From positions 13,388,546-13,452,545 of the forward strand of contig NC_052158.1 in assembly GCF_902713615.1 (NCBI RefSeq): 64,000 nt of DNA, written 5' to 3'. The stretch comes from Scyliorhinus canicula. Its lineage: Eukaryota. A model generated the notes under the pieces. The model made no database searches. It saw only the letters and a program-made list of their open reading frames with translations, and was not told where the DNA came from. The position numbers were made by a program, and so were the translations under genes. Positions 63,742-64,000 of the stretch are shown in pieces. The stretch's first letter is position 1; each line of letters starts with the position of its first letter.

Positions 63742-64000
63742 GGGGCAGCAGGGTAGCATGGTGGTTAGCATAAATGCTTCACAGCTCCAGGGTCCCAGGT
63801 TCGATTCCCGGCTGGGTCACTGTCTGTGTGGAGTCTGCACGTCCTCCCCCTAAGTGCGTGGGTTTCCTCCGGGTGCTCCGGTTTCCTCCCACAGTCCAAA
63901 GATGTGCGGGTTAGGTGGATTGGCCATGCTAAATTGCCCGTAGTGTCCTAATAAAAGTAAGGTTAAGGGGGGGGGGGGGGTGTTCTATGTTCTATGTTCT
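63742..64000 (+). mobile_element. Young HE1 SINE
   Basis: Head ggggcagcagggtagcatggtggttagc, B-box ggttcgattccc, intact V-core and a (tctatgt)n tail. Confidence 0.93.

Overview
Repeat-rich vertebrate genomic DNA, most likely a cartilaginous fish. This is inferred from HE1/V-SINE-type tRNA SINEs and CR1, L1, RTE, Gypsy, Harbinger and Penelope-type repeats; the species cannot be fixed from the sequence. Roughly two thirds of the window is transposon-derived and often nested. The only well-supported host gene is a + strand NKp30/NCR3-like receptor: leader exon 8520-8562, a single exon encoding a germline-joined V+J-type Ig domain at 9350-9703, and a transmembrane/tail exon at 10911-11113 with a Lys in the TM. 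All three junctions are phase 1 and give an open 200-aa protein. A second leader-type exon with the same design lies at 43156-43209, followed by an acceptor-like site just before a 384-N gap, so a paralog may be hidden or disrupted. Other notable items: a Penelope-type insert with a minimal hammerhead ribozyme motif, a near full-length L1 with a target-site duplication, a Gypsy element with a tRNA-Pro PBS split by about 8 kb of CR1 insertions, and two head-to-head Harbinger ends. Most ORFs in the supplied track are degraded TE fragments or chance ORFs. TE boundaries are approximate because they were read by eye.
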